Assembly: GCA_964016885.1 (NCBI GenBank) | Contig: OZ024752.1 | Coordinates: 31,062,001 to 31,126,000 of the forward strand | From: Eledone cirrhosa | Lineage: Eukaryota | Reading direction: 5' to 3' | Length of the DNA: 64,000 nt | In this document: one piece after another, positions 1 through 11,385 of the stretch | Layout of the letters: each line of letters starts with the position of its first letter | Position numbering within the stretch: the stretch's first letter is position 1 | The notes under the pieces: generated by a model | The model's input: the letters and a program-made list of their open reading frames with translations, nothing else | The model's database searches: none | What the model was told of the DNA's origin: nothing | Program-made: the position numbers and the translations under genes

Positions 1-397
1 ATATTTGCCACGACAAAACAACCCAAACAATAAAGTAGTCATACCCTCTATTTAATAGGTGTCGTAGCCAGTAAGTCTCGATGATATTCAATTATCATAT
101 TTATTCGTAATCAAACTAGATCCAGTAACTATTACGAATAGGGCCCAACGAGAGAATCTCAATATTGTCATTCGATCTGTTAGAAATAGCAGCCAACTAC
201 ACTTCCTATCGTACCTTGCCGTCTTGAAGAAGAAATAGAAAAAGAAAATACATTGTATAATTGGTGGTGGTGGGGGTGATGGGGGTGGTGATCGTGCTAC
301 GGGCAGCTAGTGATTGTTATGTTTATATGAATATATACAGCTAAAAAAAACAAACAGTTGATATAATTTACATAGTTAATTGTCTATATAGATAATG

Positions 398-632
398 AAC
401 ACAACCACAAGGATGTGGTCCGAACGTGGAAGAGCCGAACTCCCACTGTCATGGCCTCCATCTCTCTCGCCCTCCCTATCTCTCTGTATGGTGGGCAAAT
501 GGGGTCCCACGTGCTGGCCTCCCCACAGCCCCGGCGGACAGAATGAAGAAGGCGTTTCCCCCGAGGATGGTAAGGGAGATGCGCTGGAAGAGCCATTCCA
601 TCTCGTGGGGCTCACACCTGCGGCTGGCCAGC
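398..632 (-). mobile_element. CRE-clade non-LTR retrotransposon 3' fragment
   Basis: Minus strand reads LASRRCEPHEMEWLFQRISLTILGGNAF, matching the CRE RLE-domain C-terminus (EPRExxFLxQRISxAIxRGNA). Homologous copies at 13292-13460 and 14365-14690. Confidence 0.7.
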
Positions 633-959
633 TCAGTACTAGAAATGTACCAAAAAAAAAGAGCAAAAAACTGTGGAGTCATGGTCTTATTACATGTGCT
701 CAGTCAGCGTTGAACTAGGGTTAAACAACAAACATATAGGATGGATATATTTATATAAATATATATTTATCTTATAATAAGGATACAGTCATTATTGTAT
801 TTTGGTGGGGTTGTTGTGTAGATAAGGTGTCTAAGTGAAACTTTTACTGCTGCCTCTTTCTTCATTACTGGACCATGAATTTTCACGTGTATTTAACATG
901 TGACTTGACTTGATCTAATAAGTAATTCAAATGCTTTTGTTGTTGCTATTGTTTATGAA

Positions 960-1416
960 TCCTGGGTAATGACCGAAAGAATATGACTGCGAATACAAGC
1001 GGTTGCAATGGGGTCCCTCCGAAGGGACTTTAGAATAACGTTACTCGTTAAAGTTCGTAACTCGGAGACTAGAGAGTCGCTCCAGATAGAGCCGTTACTT
1101 CTCCGAATTGAGAGATCACAGCTCTGATATTATAGGATATGTGGTTAGAATACAAGTGGCTGAAATGGGGTCCCTCCAAAGGGACTTTAGAGTAACGTTA
1201 TTCGTTAAAGTTCGTAGCTCGGAGACTGGTGAGTCACTCCAGATAGAGCCGTTACTTCTCCGAGTTGAGAGATCACAGCTCCGATACTACGGACATGTGG
1301 TTAGAATGTCTCAGGAAAGAATCACTGGACAGATTTTACGGGCCAGACCAACCGGCAGGAGACCCAAAAGTAGACACCGAGTAAGATGGTTGGATAACAT
1401 TCATGAGCTCGGCTAG
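960..1416 (+). mobile_element. RTE-clade LINE 3' ORF fragment with an internal ~140 bp tandem duplication
   Basis: IEPLLLRVERSQLRYYGHVVRM…GRRPKSRHRVRWLD is the RTE C-terminal signature. The segment GAATACAAG…ATGTGGTTA occurs twice (about 990-1147 and 1148-1303). Confidence 0.8.
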
Positions 1417-1593
1417 TCTCACAGGGCCAAAACATTTGGTGGTGGGGGGGGCAAGGGTTTCTTCTCTGAAGACCTTCTGCTGTCCAGCTCTCTTGAGAGT
1501 TTCTTACTACTGTTACTAGAGGAGGACGCCGTCTTCTCCCTCTTTCTGTCGCACACACACACATACGCACACATACGCACACACACTCACTCA

Positions 1594-1676
<83 letters not shown>

Positions 1677-1944
1677 TCACTCACTCACTCACTCACTCAC
1701 TCACTCACTCAACTAATAACGTTCCTTTTTCTCTCTCTATCTATGTACGTATGCCTCGCTTGGCGCGCTCCCTTTCTTTATAAAGTGAGCTTGACGGACG
1801 GACAGACAGCGCATTTATAATATAGATTTACAATGTACAGCACGCCACAGTGTAATTAAAATGTTCGGATAATTATTTCCACAAAGTAATTTTTATTGAA
1901 ATTTGGAACTCTTTTGATCTATTTGTTAGGATGTTAATCTCGCG

Positions 1945-2060
1945 TTTATATGTATGCATATATCTATGCAGGTATGTATATATATATGTATGTATGTATG
2001 CAGGTTTATATATATATATATGTATGTATGCAGGTTTATATATATATATATATGTATGCA

Positions 2061-2118
<58 letters not shown>

Positions 2119-2436
2119 CAGGTATGTATATATATATATATATAAATATATATATATATGTATGCAGGTATGTATATATATATATGTATATATGTATGCA
2201 GGTCTGTATATATATAAATATATATATATGTGTGCAGGTATGTATATATATATATGTATATATGTATGCAGGTCTGTATATATATATATATATATATGTA
2301 TGCAGGTTTGTATATATATGTATGCAGGTTTGTATATATATATATGCAGGTTTGTATATATATACATGTATGTATGTATGTATGTATGTATGTATGTATG
2401 TATGTATGTATGTATGTATGTATGTATGTATGTATG
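1945..2436. repeat. Compound (TA)n/(TATG)n microsatellite punctuated by TATGCAGG units
   Basis: Direct reading. The same compound repeat recurs at 3103-3606 and 4033-4480. Confidence 0.95.
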
Positions 2437-3101
2437 TTCTTCTGGTTTTATAATTTCACAAAGTTTTACCAATAGAGAGAGAGTCGGTTTCTAACATAGA
2501 CACAAGACTCTCTCATTGGAATTTACACAACATCAACTAGGTAGATAAGTATGTATGTCTGCATGCATGCATGTGTAGATATGGATGTTATTGCTTGTGT
2601 GGATGTGTGATTTGAGTTGTATGTGTGCATGTGTATATGCTTTGTATCTGTACATGTGTATATGCAGTTATTAGATGCAAAATTTTTGGAATGTTTTACA
2701 TACTTTTACTGTTCCATTAATGGATTGTACTTGTAGTTTCCTAACTAGTTGTGTTCTTTCTGTTCCTGTGAAGCCTAGCTTCTCAAGATTTGTATTGAGG
2801 CAGTTACTAACATATCCCAGTGCCCCAATAATCACAGGCATAAATCTGAAGGTGTAATCAGGGTGGAGTATCTGCAGATTTCTCATCAGTTCTGCATAAA
2901 TATTCTCCTTTTCACTAATCTTTGATATTATATTGGCATCTGCTGGGCAGCTAATTTCCACTACTGTGCATGCTTTCTTCTCCCTGTCCCATATCATAAT
3001 ATCTGGTCTGTTATGCCTGCATTTTATTGGGGTTTTTAATGGAACATTCCACCAGTACTCTTTCATATTATGTACATGGATGTCTTCCACATTGCTGTAG
3101 C

Positions 3102-3102
<1 letters not shown>
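2437..3102 (-). mobile_element. R4/Dong-like RLE non-LTR retrotransposon 3' end (restriction-like endonuclease domain plus 3' UTR)
   Basis: ORF 2671-3090 EYWWNVPLKTPIKCRHNRPDIMIWD…VVEISCP…EKENIY…PVIIGALG has a PD-(D/E)xK core. The 3' end abuts (CATA)n. Confidence 0.8.
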
Positions 3103-3137
<35 letters not shown>

Positions 3138-3606
3138 TGTATGTATGTATGTATGTATCTATGTATGTATATATCGGGTCTTCAAGTATGAAATTTGTAG
3201 AAAAAAAAACAAATTTCTACAAATTTCATACTTGACGACCCAATATGTATGTATGCAGGTGTATATGTATGCAGGTATGTATATCTATATGTATGTATAT
3301 ATGTATGTATGTATAGATATATGTATGTATGCAGATATGCCTGCAGGTATGTATATATGTATGTATACAGATACATATGTACGCAGGTATAGATATATGT
3401 ATGTATATATGTATGTACGCAGGTATGTATATACATACATGCAGGTATATATGTATGTATGTATGCAGGTATGTATGTATGTATGCAGGTATGTATATAT
3501 ATATATGTATGCAGGTATGTATATATATATGTATGCAGGTATGTATGTATGTATGTATGCAGGTATGTATGTATGTATGTATGTATGTATGTATGTATGT
3601 ATGTAT

Positions 3607-4032
3607 GCCATCCAAAATCACCGGGAGAGATGACCCCTTAGCCTTTGTCAAGGCAGAATTCTAGGAGAAGGAAAACTCTGATATAACACCTGTAACCCTG
3701 ATGGTATCCAATGATGTTGACTTGTTCTTCTTTTTGGTAAATATCATCTTGGTTAAGAGAGTGGGACTGGCTTTGTGCAGTGCCTTTGCTCAATATAAAA
3801 GCTTCACGGCACAGGCATTGCTTTATATCTGGAGATCTCTCTGCAGTTGTCGTCACATGGGACCATGGGCCCAGCACTATGTGTCAGTAATTGTCACAAG
3901 TGTAGTGTTTGTACCAGAGTTTTCAAGTCGCTGGCTGGACTAAAAAGTCACACTCGTTCAGCGCTTCGGTAGGGTTTCTCCTACATGGATATAAAGTAGT
4001 GGCCGTACTCGAAAACGAGTTGGCAGCCACCA
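3607..4032 (+). mobile_element. Non-autonomous RTE-derived element, 5'-truncated copy
   Basis: Near-identical to 50868-51291. Contains the RTE-type 5'UTR motif CTAGGAGAAGGAAAACTCTGA, a C2H2 remnant (CSVCTRVFKSLAG), a terminal CTCG-AAAA-CGAG hairpin and a (TATG)n tail. Shorter copy at 5153-5333. Confidence 0.6.
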
Positions 4033-4275
4033 TGTATGTATGCAGGTATGTATGTATGTATGTATGTATGTATGTATGTATGTATGTATGTATGAATGTA
4101 TGTATGTATGCAGGTATGTATGTATGCAGGTATGTATATATATATGTATGCAGGTATGTATGTATGTATGTATGTATGTATGTATGTATGTATGTATGCA
4201 GGTATGTATGTATGTATGTATGTATGTATATAGGTATGTATGTATGTATGTATGTATGCAGGTATGTATGTATGC

Positions 4276-4312
<37 letters not shown>

Positions 4313-4405
4313 CAGGTATGTATGTATGTATGCAGGTATGTATGTATGTATGTATGTATGTATGTATGTATGTATGTATGTATGTATGCAGGTATGTATG
4401 TATGC

Positions 4406-4470
<65 letters not shown>

Positions 4471-5445
4471 CAGGTATGTATAAAGAAAGTATACATATAT
4501 GAAAACACCCTCCAATATTGGAATATCGCCAGATATGCCATAAGATGAGAAATATTTTGAGATTAAAATCTGTAAAGTGTTTTCGTTATATATACAGACA
4601 CATACAGACACATACAGACACACACACACATGCACACACACACGCACACGCACACGCACACGCATACGCACACACACACACATATATATATATGTTATAG
4701 TTTTAAATCTCAACGCAAACACACAGCATGTCAGCCTGCTTACTTCTAAGTCGGTATTATATACACTATAAGTTCTCATTTGCAAACAGTGGTGACATTG
4801 CGAAGGTGACGAGTGTTCGTTAGCGTTTGTTCGTATTGTATATATAGAGAGAGAGAGAAGTTTATTTATGTACATATGACTAGAAGAGCGCTACCTAACG
4901 AACGAACCACCACATGGGGTGCAGATATATATGTATGGGGGTATGTATGTATGTATGTATGTATGTATGTATGTATGTATGTATGTATGTATGTATGTAT
5001 GTATGCAGCTATGTATATATATATGTACGCGGGTATGTATGTATGTATGTATGTATGTATGTATGTATGTATGTATGTATGTATGTATGTATGTATATAT
5101 GTCACATGCATTGTATGTATATACGTCACATGCATTGTATGTATGTATATACGTCACATGGTACCATGGGCCCAGCACCATGTGTCAATAATTGTCACAA
5201 GTGTAGTGTTTGTACCAGAGTTTTCAAGTCGCTGGCGGGACTAAAAAGTCACACTCGTTCAGCGTATCGGTAAGGGTTCTCCTACATGGATATAAAGTAG
5301 TGGCCGTACTCGAAAACGAGTTGGCAGCCACCATGTATATATGTATGTATGCAGCTATGTATATATATATGTATGCAGGTATGTATGTATGTATGTATGT
5401 ATGTATGTATGTATGTATGTATGTATGTGTGTATGTATGTATGTA

Positions 5446-6115
5446 TATTCTTCTGGTTTTATAATTTCACAAAGTTTTACCAATAGAGAGAGAGTCGGTT
5501 TCTAACATAGACACAAGACTCTCTCATTGGCATTTACACATCAACTAGGGAGATATGTATGTATGTATGTCTGCATGCATGTGTAGATATGGATGTTATT
5601 GTATGTGTGGATGTGGATGGTTTGAGTTGTATGTGTGCATGTGTATATGCTTTGTATATGTGTATATGCAGTTATTAGATGCAAAATTTTTGGAATGTTT
5701 TACATATTTTTACATATTTTTACTGTTCCATTAATGGATTGTACTTGTAATTTCCTAACTAGTTGTGTTCTTTCTGTTCCTGTGAAGCCTAGCTTCTCAA
5801 GATTTGTATTGAGGTAGTTACTAACATATCCCAGTGCCCCAATAATCACAGGCATAAATCTGAAGGTGTAATCAGGGTGGAGTATCTGCAGATTTCTCAT
5901 CAATTCTGCATAAATGTTCTCCTTTTCACTAATCTTTGATATTATATTGGCATCTGCTGGGCAGCTAATTTCCACTACTGTGCATGCTTTCTTCTCCCTG
6001 TCCCATATCATAATATCTGGTCTGTTATGCCTGCATTTTATTGGGGTTTTTACTGGAACATTCCACCAGTACTCTTTCATATTATGTACATGGATGTCTT
6101 CCACATTGCTGTAGC
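5446..6115 (-). mobile_element. Second copy of the R4/Dong-like 3' end
   Basis: Near-identical to 2437-3102 with the same 5' truncation point. Confidence 0.8.
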
Positions 6116-6299
6116 TATATATATGTATGTATGTATGTATGTATATATGTATGCATGCAGCTATGTATATATGTATGTATGCAGGTATGTATGTATATAT
6201 GATCAGGTATGCATAAATACATGGTCCCACAACTCCCGCCGTTGGGATTTTATATATCCCGATAACCACTCTGCATCTTCCCATGCATTGAGTACTCTC

Positions 6300-6515
6300 A
6301 TTCAGTATCAGTAGAGGGTCAGACATCATGCTTTCCAGCATAGTTACTCCCTTTACGGTCTGAGTTCAAATCCCGCCGAGGTTAACTTTGCCTTTCATCC
6401 TTACGGGGTCGATAAAATAAAGTACCAGTCACGAACTGTGGTCGATTTAATCGACTTTCCCCTCCCCTCACCTTCCCAAATTACTGGCCTTGTGCCTATA
6501 CTAGAAATCATTATT
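6300..6515 (+). mobile_element. tRNA-derived SINE (dominant family)
   Basis: Box-B-like GAGTTCAAATCC plus the conserved core CTTTGCCTTTCATCCTTACGGGGTCGATAAAATAAAGTACCAG. Other copies at about 8640-8752(-), 8753-8945(+), 9312-9495(+), 10232-10332(-), 11560-11720(-), 11853-11965(-), 13190-13292(-), 14050-14117(-), 15158-15280(+), 15292-15480(+), 31025-31210(+), 31467-31662(+), 43963-44150(+), 46383-46543(+), 51728-51890(+), 57866-57955(-), 59125-59245(-). Confidence 0.9.
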
Positions 6516-7147
6516 AGTAGTCTGCCCCGTCTCTGTACCGTAGACTCTCTTTCCACACACACATCTACTTTGGGTACAAGGCCAGCCATCCCTAGTGTAT
6601 TACTGGTGCAAAATGAGATACAGATAGACTGACAGAAAGGAGAGATGGCGGGGGCGCAAAATGAGACAGACAGACACAGATAAAAAGGAAAGAGTGAGGT
6701 GGGGGGGAAGTGAGACAGACAGACAGAAAGGAAAGATGGTGGGGCAAAGGGAGGCAGGCAGGCAGACAGACAGACAGAAAGGAAAGAGAGAGGGGGACAA
6801 AAGTGAGACAGAAAGGAAAGAGGGATGGGGCGCGCAAAATGAGACACAGACAGACAGACAAACAGGAAAGAGTGAGGGGGGCAAAGTGAGACAGACAGAC
6901 AGACAGACAGAAAGGAGAGATGGTGGGGGGGGGGGGGGGGGGCAAAGGGAGACAGGCAGACAGGCAGACAGACAGAGAAAATATGGTGGTTGGTATTCAG
7001 TTAGTACCAACTAGTATTCAAGAGATGTCGACAGCTACTTAATTACTTGGTAAGAAGAGATGATCTGTTTTAACCAGAAACTTACTTTTTAGATGGTCTT
7101 AGTTGTTTCAAGAACTAAGCTAGAACAGAGAGTAAGGGAAGACAATG

Positions 7148-8262
7148 GATGGGGGGGGGGTAAACGGGGTGGTGGTGGTGGTGGTGGTGGTGGTGGTAAA
7201 CGTGGTGGTAAACGTGGTGGTGGTGATGGTTATGATGATGGTGGTGGTGGTAAACGGGGGTGGTGGTGGTGGTGATGGGGGTGGTAAACGGGATGGTGGT
7301 GGTGGTGATGGTTATGATGATGGTGGTGGTGGTAAACGGGGGTGGTGGTGGTGGTGATGGGGGTGGTAAACGGGATGGTGGTGGTGGTGATGGTTATGAT
7401 GATGGTGGTGGTGGTAAACGGGGGTGGTGGTGGTGGTGATGGGGGTGGTAAACGGGATGGTGGTGGTGGTGATGGTTATGATGATGGTGGTGGTGGTAAA
7501 CGGGGGTGGTGGTGGTGGTGATGGGGGTGGTAAACGGGATGGTGGTGGTGGTGATGGTTATGATGATGGCGGTGGTGGTAAACGGGGTGGTGGTGGTGGT
7601 GGTAACGTTGATGATGATGGTGGTGGAGGTGGTGGTAACGTTGATGATGATGGTGGTGGTGGTAACGTTGATGATGGTGGTGGTGGTGGTGGTGGTAACG
7701 TTGATGATGGTGGTGGTGGTGGTCGTCGTAACGATGATGATGGTGGTGGCGTTGATGATGGTGGTGGAGTCAGTAGTAACGTTGTTGATGATGATGATGA
7801 TGATGGTGGTGGAGGTCGTAGTAATGTTGTTAATGATGATGGTGGTGGTGGCGTTGATGATAATGGTGGCGGTGGTGGAGTCAGTAGTAACGTTGTTGAC
7901 GATGATGATGATGGTGGTGGAGGTCGTAGTAATGTTGATAATGATGATGATGATGGTGGTGGAGGTCGTAGTAATGTTGTTAATGATGATGGTGGTGGTG
8001 GCGTTGATGATAATGGTGGCGGTGGTGGAGTCAGTAGTAACGTTGTTGACGATGATGATGGTGGTGGAGGTCGTAGTAATGTTGATAATGATGATGGTGG
8101 TGGTGACGTTGATGATGGTGGTGGCGGTGGTGGAGTCAGTGGTAACGTTGTTGATGATGATGATGATGATGGTGGTGGTGGCGTTGATGATGGTGGTGGT
8201 GGTGGTGGAGTCAGTGGTAACGTTGTTGACGATGATAGTGTTGGTGGCGGCGGTGAAGGTGT
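7148..8262. repeat. GGT/GAT triplet-based minisatellite (about 81 bp higher-order unit in the 5' half)
   Basis: Direct reading. The overlapping Gly/Asp, Val/Met and Thr/Ile ORFs are repeat artefacts. Confidence 0.9.
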
Positions 8263-8988
8263 ACGTGGTTACAAGTTTAATAATAGTAAGCGGTAGTTGG
8301 TGTATTAAACATCTTGTACGTAGTAGAAACATTATTACGTCCCTTTATCTTGTATATTGTTAGTTACCCCCAAAGTGAACATATGTCTCTAGGTCAGCGT
8401 TTCTCAACCTCAACCGGTGTTCCCCGGAACCCTAGGATTCCGCAAGAGGTCGCTAGGGGTTCCGCGAGAACCAGTGATAAATAAACTAATGTATTTCTTA
8501 AAAGTAATTTTTGTTTAATTTTATATTTGTAATTTTACTCTGCATTTACGCCATATTGTCGGAAAATCCTTGTTTATTTTAAGAAAGCCTTCAACCCCTT
8601 ATATTATTTAAAACTAGGTCAATATAAGAGATAGATATTAATAATTGTTTCTACTTTAGGCACAAGGCCAGCAATTATCCCAGTGTATAACTGGTACTTT
8701 ATTTTATCGACCCCGTAAGGATGAAAGGCAAAGTTAACCTCAGCGGGATTTAAAGGGCGGTGAATTGGCAGTATCAGTAGAGGGTTGGACGCCATGCTTT
8801 CTAGGATAGTTACGTCCTTTGCGGTTTGAGTTCAAATCCCGTCGAGGTTAACTTTGCCTTTCATCCTTACGGGGTCGATAAAATAAAGTACCAGTAATGT
8901 ACTGGGGTAATTGCTGGCCTTGTGCCAATAGTAGAAACAATTAATAACACTTTAGATGAAAGGTTTTCTCACCATTTTCATCTACACT

Positions 8989-9146
8989 CAGGGCCGTCTT
9001 AACGCATGGGAACGCTGGGGAGTTGCCCGGGGGCCCCACGAGGATAGGGGGCCCATTTGTATTTTTATTCCTGTGAGTGGTTGTGTAGGTAGGGGCCCCA
9101 GTGCTCTGCTTTTCCCGGGGCCTATAATGCTGTTAAGACGGCACTG
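8989..9146. mobile_element. hAT-superfamily MITE (158 bp)
   Basis: TIRs CAGGGCCGTCTTAAC / GTTAAGACGGCACTG with a perfect 8-bp TSD TCTACACT (8981-8988, 9147-9154). Further hAT-like ends CAGCGTTTCTCAACC near 8395 and 9224. Confidence 0.9.
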
Positions 9147-10067
9147 TCTACACTACGTTCCGATTGGTTTAGTCTTCGATCTTCGATCTTCAATAGGTCT
9201 CTCGTTTATTTATCTACCTAGAGCAGCGTTTCTCAACCTTTTTACCCTTGTGGAACCCTTGAAATAGGTTCATGTCTCAGGGAACCCCTACATAAAAATT
9301 ATTATATACCATTATTGGCAGTATCGGTAGAGGGTCAGACGCCATGCTTTCCAGCATAGTTACGTCCCTTTACGATCTGAGTTCAAATCCCGCCGAGGTT
9401 AACTTTGCCTTTCATCCTTACGGGGTCGATAAAATAAAGTACCAGTTATACACTGGGTAATTGCTGGCCTTGTGCCTAAAGTAGAAACAATTATTAATAT
9501 CTCTCTATCTAATAATAAAACTGGTACTTTATTTTATCGACCCTCACAAAGGTCTTTACAGCGCGAACATGTTTTATGTTTGTAAAATTAGTTGTAATGT
9601 GCGCAATCAATTAGTTGTCATGTGTGGTCCTCAGACAACACAGGTGTGATCCATGTGATCCATGTGATCAGTTTGACATGTCTGTTAATGGTGACGTCTA
9701 GATGATGGTGTCAGGGATGGTGTCTAGATGATAATTATGGTGGTGTTGATGATGTCAAACAGTCGGAGCCTCCACATGCTATCTATTTACAGATGGGTTG
9801 TCTGTATCATTGAGTGTTAAGCAGTCACGAAGCAAGGGACCTTCAAGGCACACGGACTTCTGTTTCCCCCTCCCTCCATAACTTCTGAAATGCTTTGATT
9901 CTATTTGTTTTGTGACTCATGACTCGCTTAATGACAATAGTATAAAAACGGTATATAATTATTTATTTGATTAATTAAAATGTCCATATAGAGCTAGCAA
10001 GGCATGACAGACCGGGAGAGGTAGCTAATACCCTTTAGAATTGAAAAGCAAAATCAGAGATAGAGTG

Positions 10068-10104
<37 letters not shown>

Positions 10105-10675
10105 GAGAGAGAGAGAGAGAGTTATAAAACATGGCTGACAAACAATGGTCATAGACCATAAAATAACTAAAAGTTTCTGTTCTTAAATACTGGAAAGTTT
10201 TGAACATGGTTGGTAGATCTTTGAGACATAAAATAATTGTTTCTATTTTAGGCACAAGGCCAGCAATTATCCAGTACATTACTGGTACTTTATTTTATCG
10301 ACCCCGTAAGGATGAAAGGCAAAGTCAACCTCGAGAAAATAATGTCATACTATGATAACTATAAAGCTAGAACTAATGAGGAAATTATCTATTCTATTTG
10401 GCCTTCACTGAGAAGACTGCACTCTCAACTCACGCATCAAACCACACCTCAGAGATTAAGTGTCTGAATATGTATGGCACAGCAGGTTGCCAGTCACAGG
10501 CTGATAAGAATTCTAAACCATTACGTGGTATAGGCGCCACAGAAATTGTTTCAGCATCATTGAAGATTTGTATTTTTTATACAGCGTCCCTCGAGCGTGT
10601 CAACAATATCTATCTCCATCAAAAAGTGCAACTCTGCATGAAATATTTCACTGAGTACCAGACTTAATATTTTAA

Positions 10676-10851
10676 CCCTTTAGCATTTAAACCGACCATA
10701 TCCGGTCAGAATTCTCTCCTCTCTTTGTGTTCAAGCTGGTCGTAACCGGCCCCTTATACCCACGTTAAGGTATTTTTCTCAAAACAAATAATATCAAAAT
10801 CTCGTAGATTCGATATTAAGTTAAATAAAGAGTAACGTAAATGCTAAAGGG
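10676..10851. mobile_element. piggyBac-type MITE
   Basis: TIR CCCTTTAGCATTTA / TAAATGCTAAAGGG flanked by TTAA on both sides. Duplicate at 12308-12482; relatives at about 22277-22403 and 32630-33058. Confidence 0.8.
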
Positions 10852-11009
10852 TTAACGTATTTAGTGTCATTGACTATATTCAGGGGGCAAGATCCCTCCA
10901 TAGTCGAGCCATTTGATTATGATCCTCTCGAGGAAAGAGATGTCAGTGAAATAGATTTTAGAGGTTGTTGTTGTCTTTCGTACATTAGCTCAGAGTCTAA
11001 ATTGTAAAG

Positions 11010-11385
11010 TATGTCTCGAGCTCCGAGGCTCATCAGGCCCGTCCTTATCCCGGCTTCCATGACTGGAGTGACTGGGACTACAACACCCACCCCCGCCTGG
11101 ACAGGATGCCAGTCCATTGAAGGGTTAAAGTCTGTCTCGAGTCCGGAGGCTCTCATCAGTCTGGTGCTTATCCCGGCTTCCATAACTGGAGTGACTGAGA
11201 GTACAAGACGACGCCAGTCCATCCCAGAGTTAATACCCGCAGCTATTCCTGCTGGTACTAATTTTCAGCTGAGAGTACTTTTGAGCAATGTAAAATGAAG
11301 TGTTTTGCTTAAGAACATAACACACAGCCCAGCCCAGGAGTCGGACCTACGACATTATGTTCGTAAGTCCAACACCCTTACCACA
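11010..11385 (-). mobile_element. Second SINE-like family (probable minus strand) with an internal duplication
   Basis: GCTCATCAGGCC…CCCCCGCCTGGACAGGATGCCAGTCCAT…GAGCAATGTAAAATGAAGTGTTTTGCTTAAGAACATAAC resembles widespread metazoan SINE cores. Repeated at 12641-13016; related segment at 36420-36535. Confidence 0.55.

Noticed and set aside
6340-6385. tRNA-like box B (GAGTTCAAATCCCGCC)
   Set aside because: It is the head of a high-copy SINE with no complete cloverleaf, so not a tRNA gene.
7394-8363. Gly/Asp-rich or mucin-like 290-312 aa ORFs
   Set aside because: A triplet minisatellite open in multiple frames on both strands, with no signal peptide or splice support.
10398-10667. ORF with KCLNMYGTAGCQS, faintly like the nicastrin N-terminus
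   Set aside because: The similarity is limited to a few residues, the duplicate copy has a stop (TGA) and a 1-bp indel, and there are no convincing splice sites.
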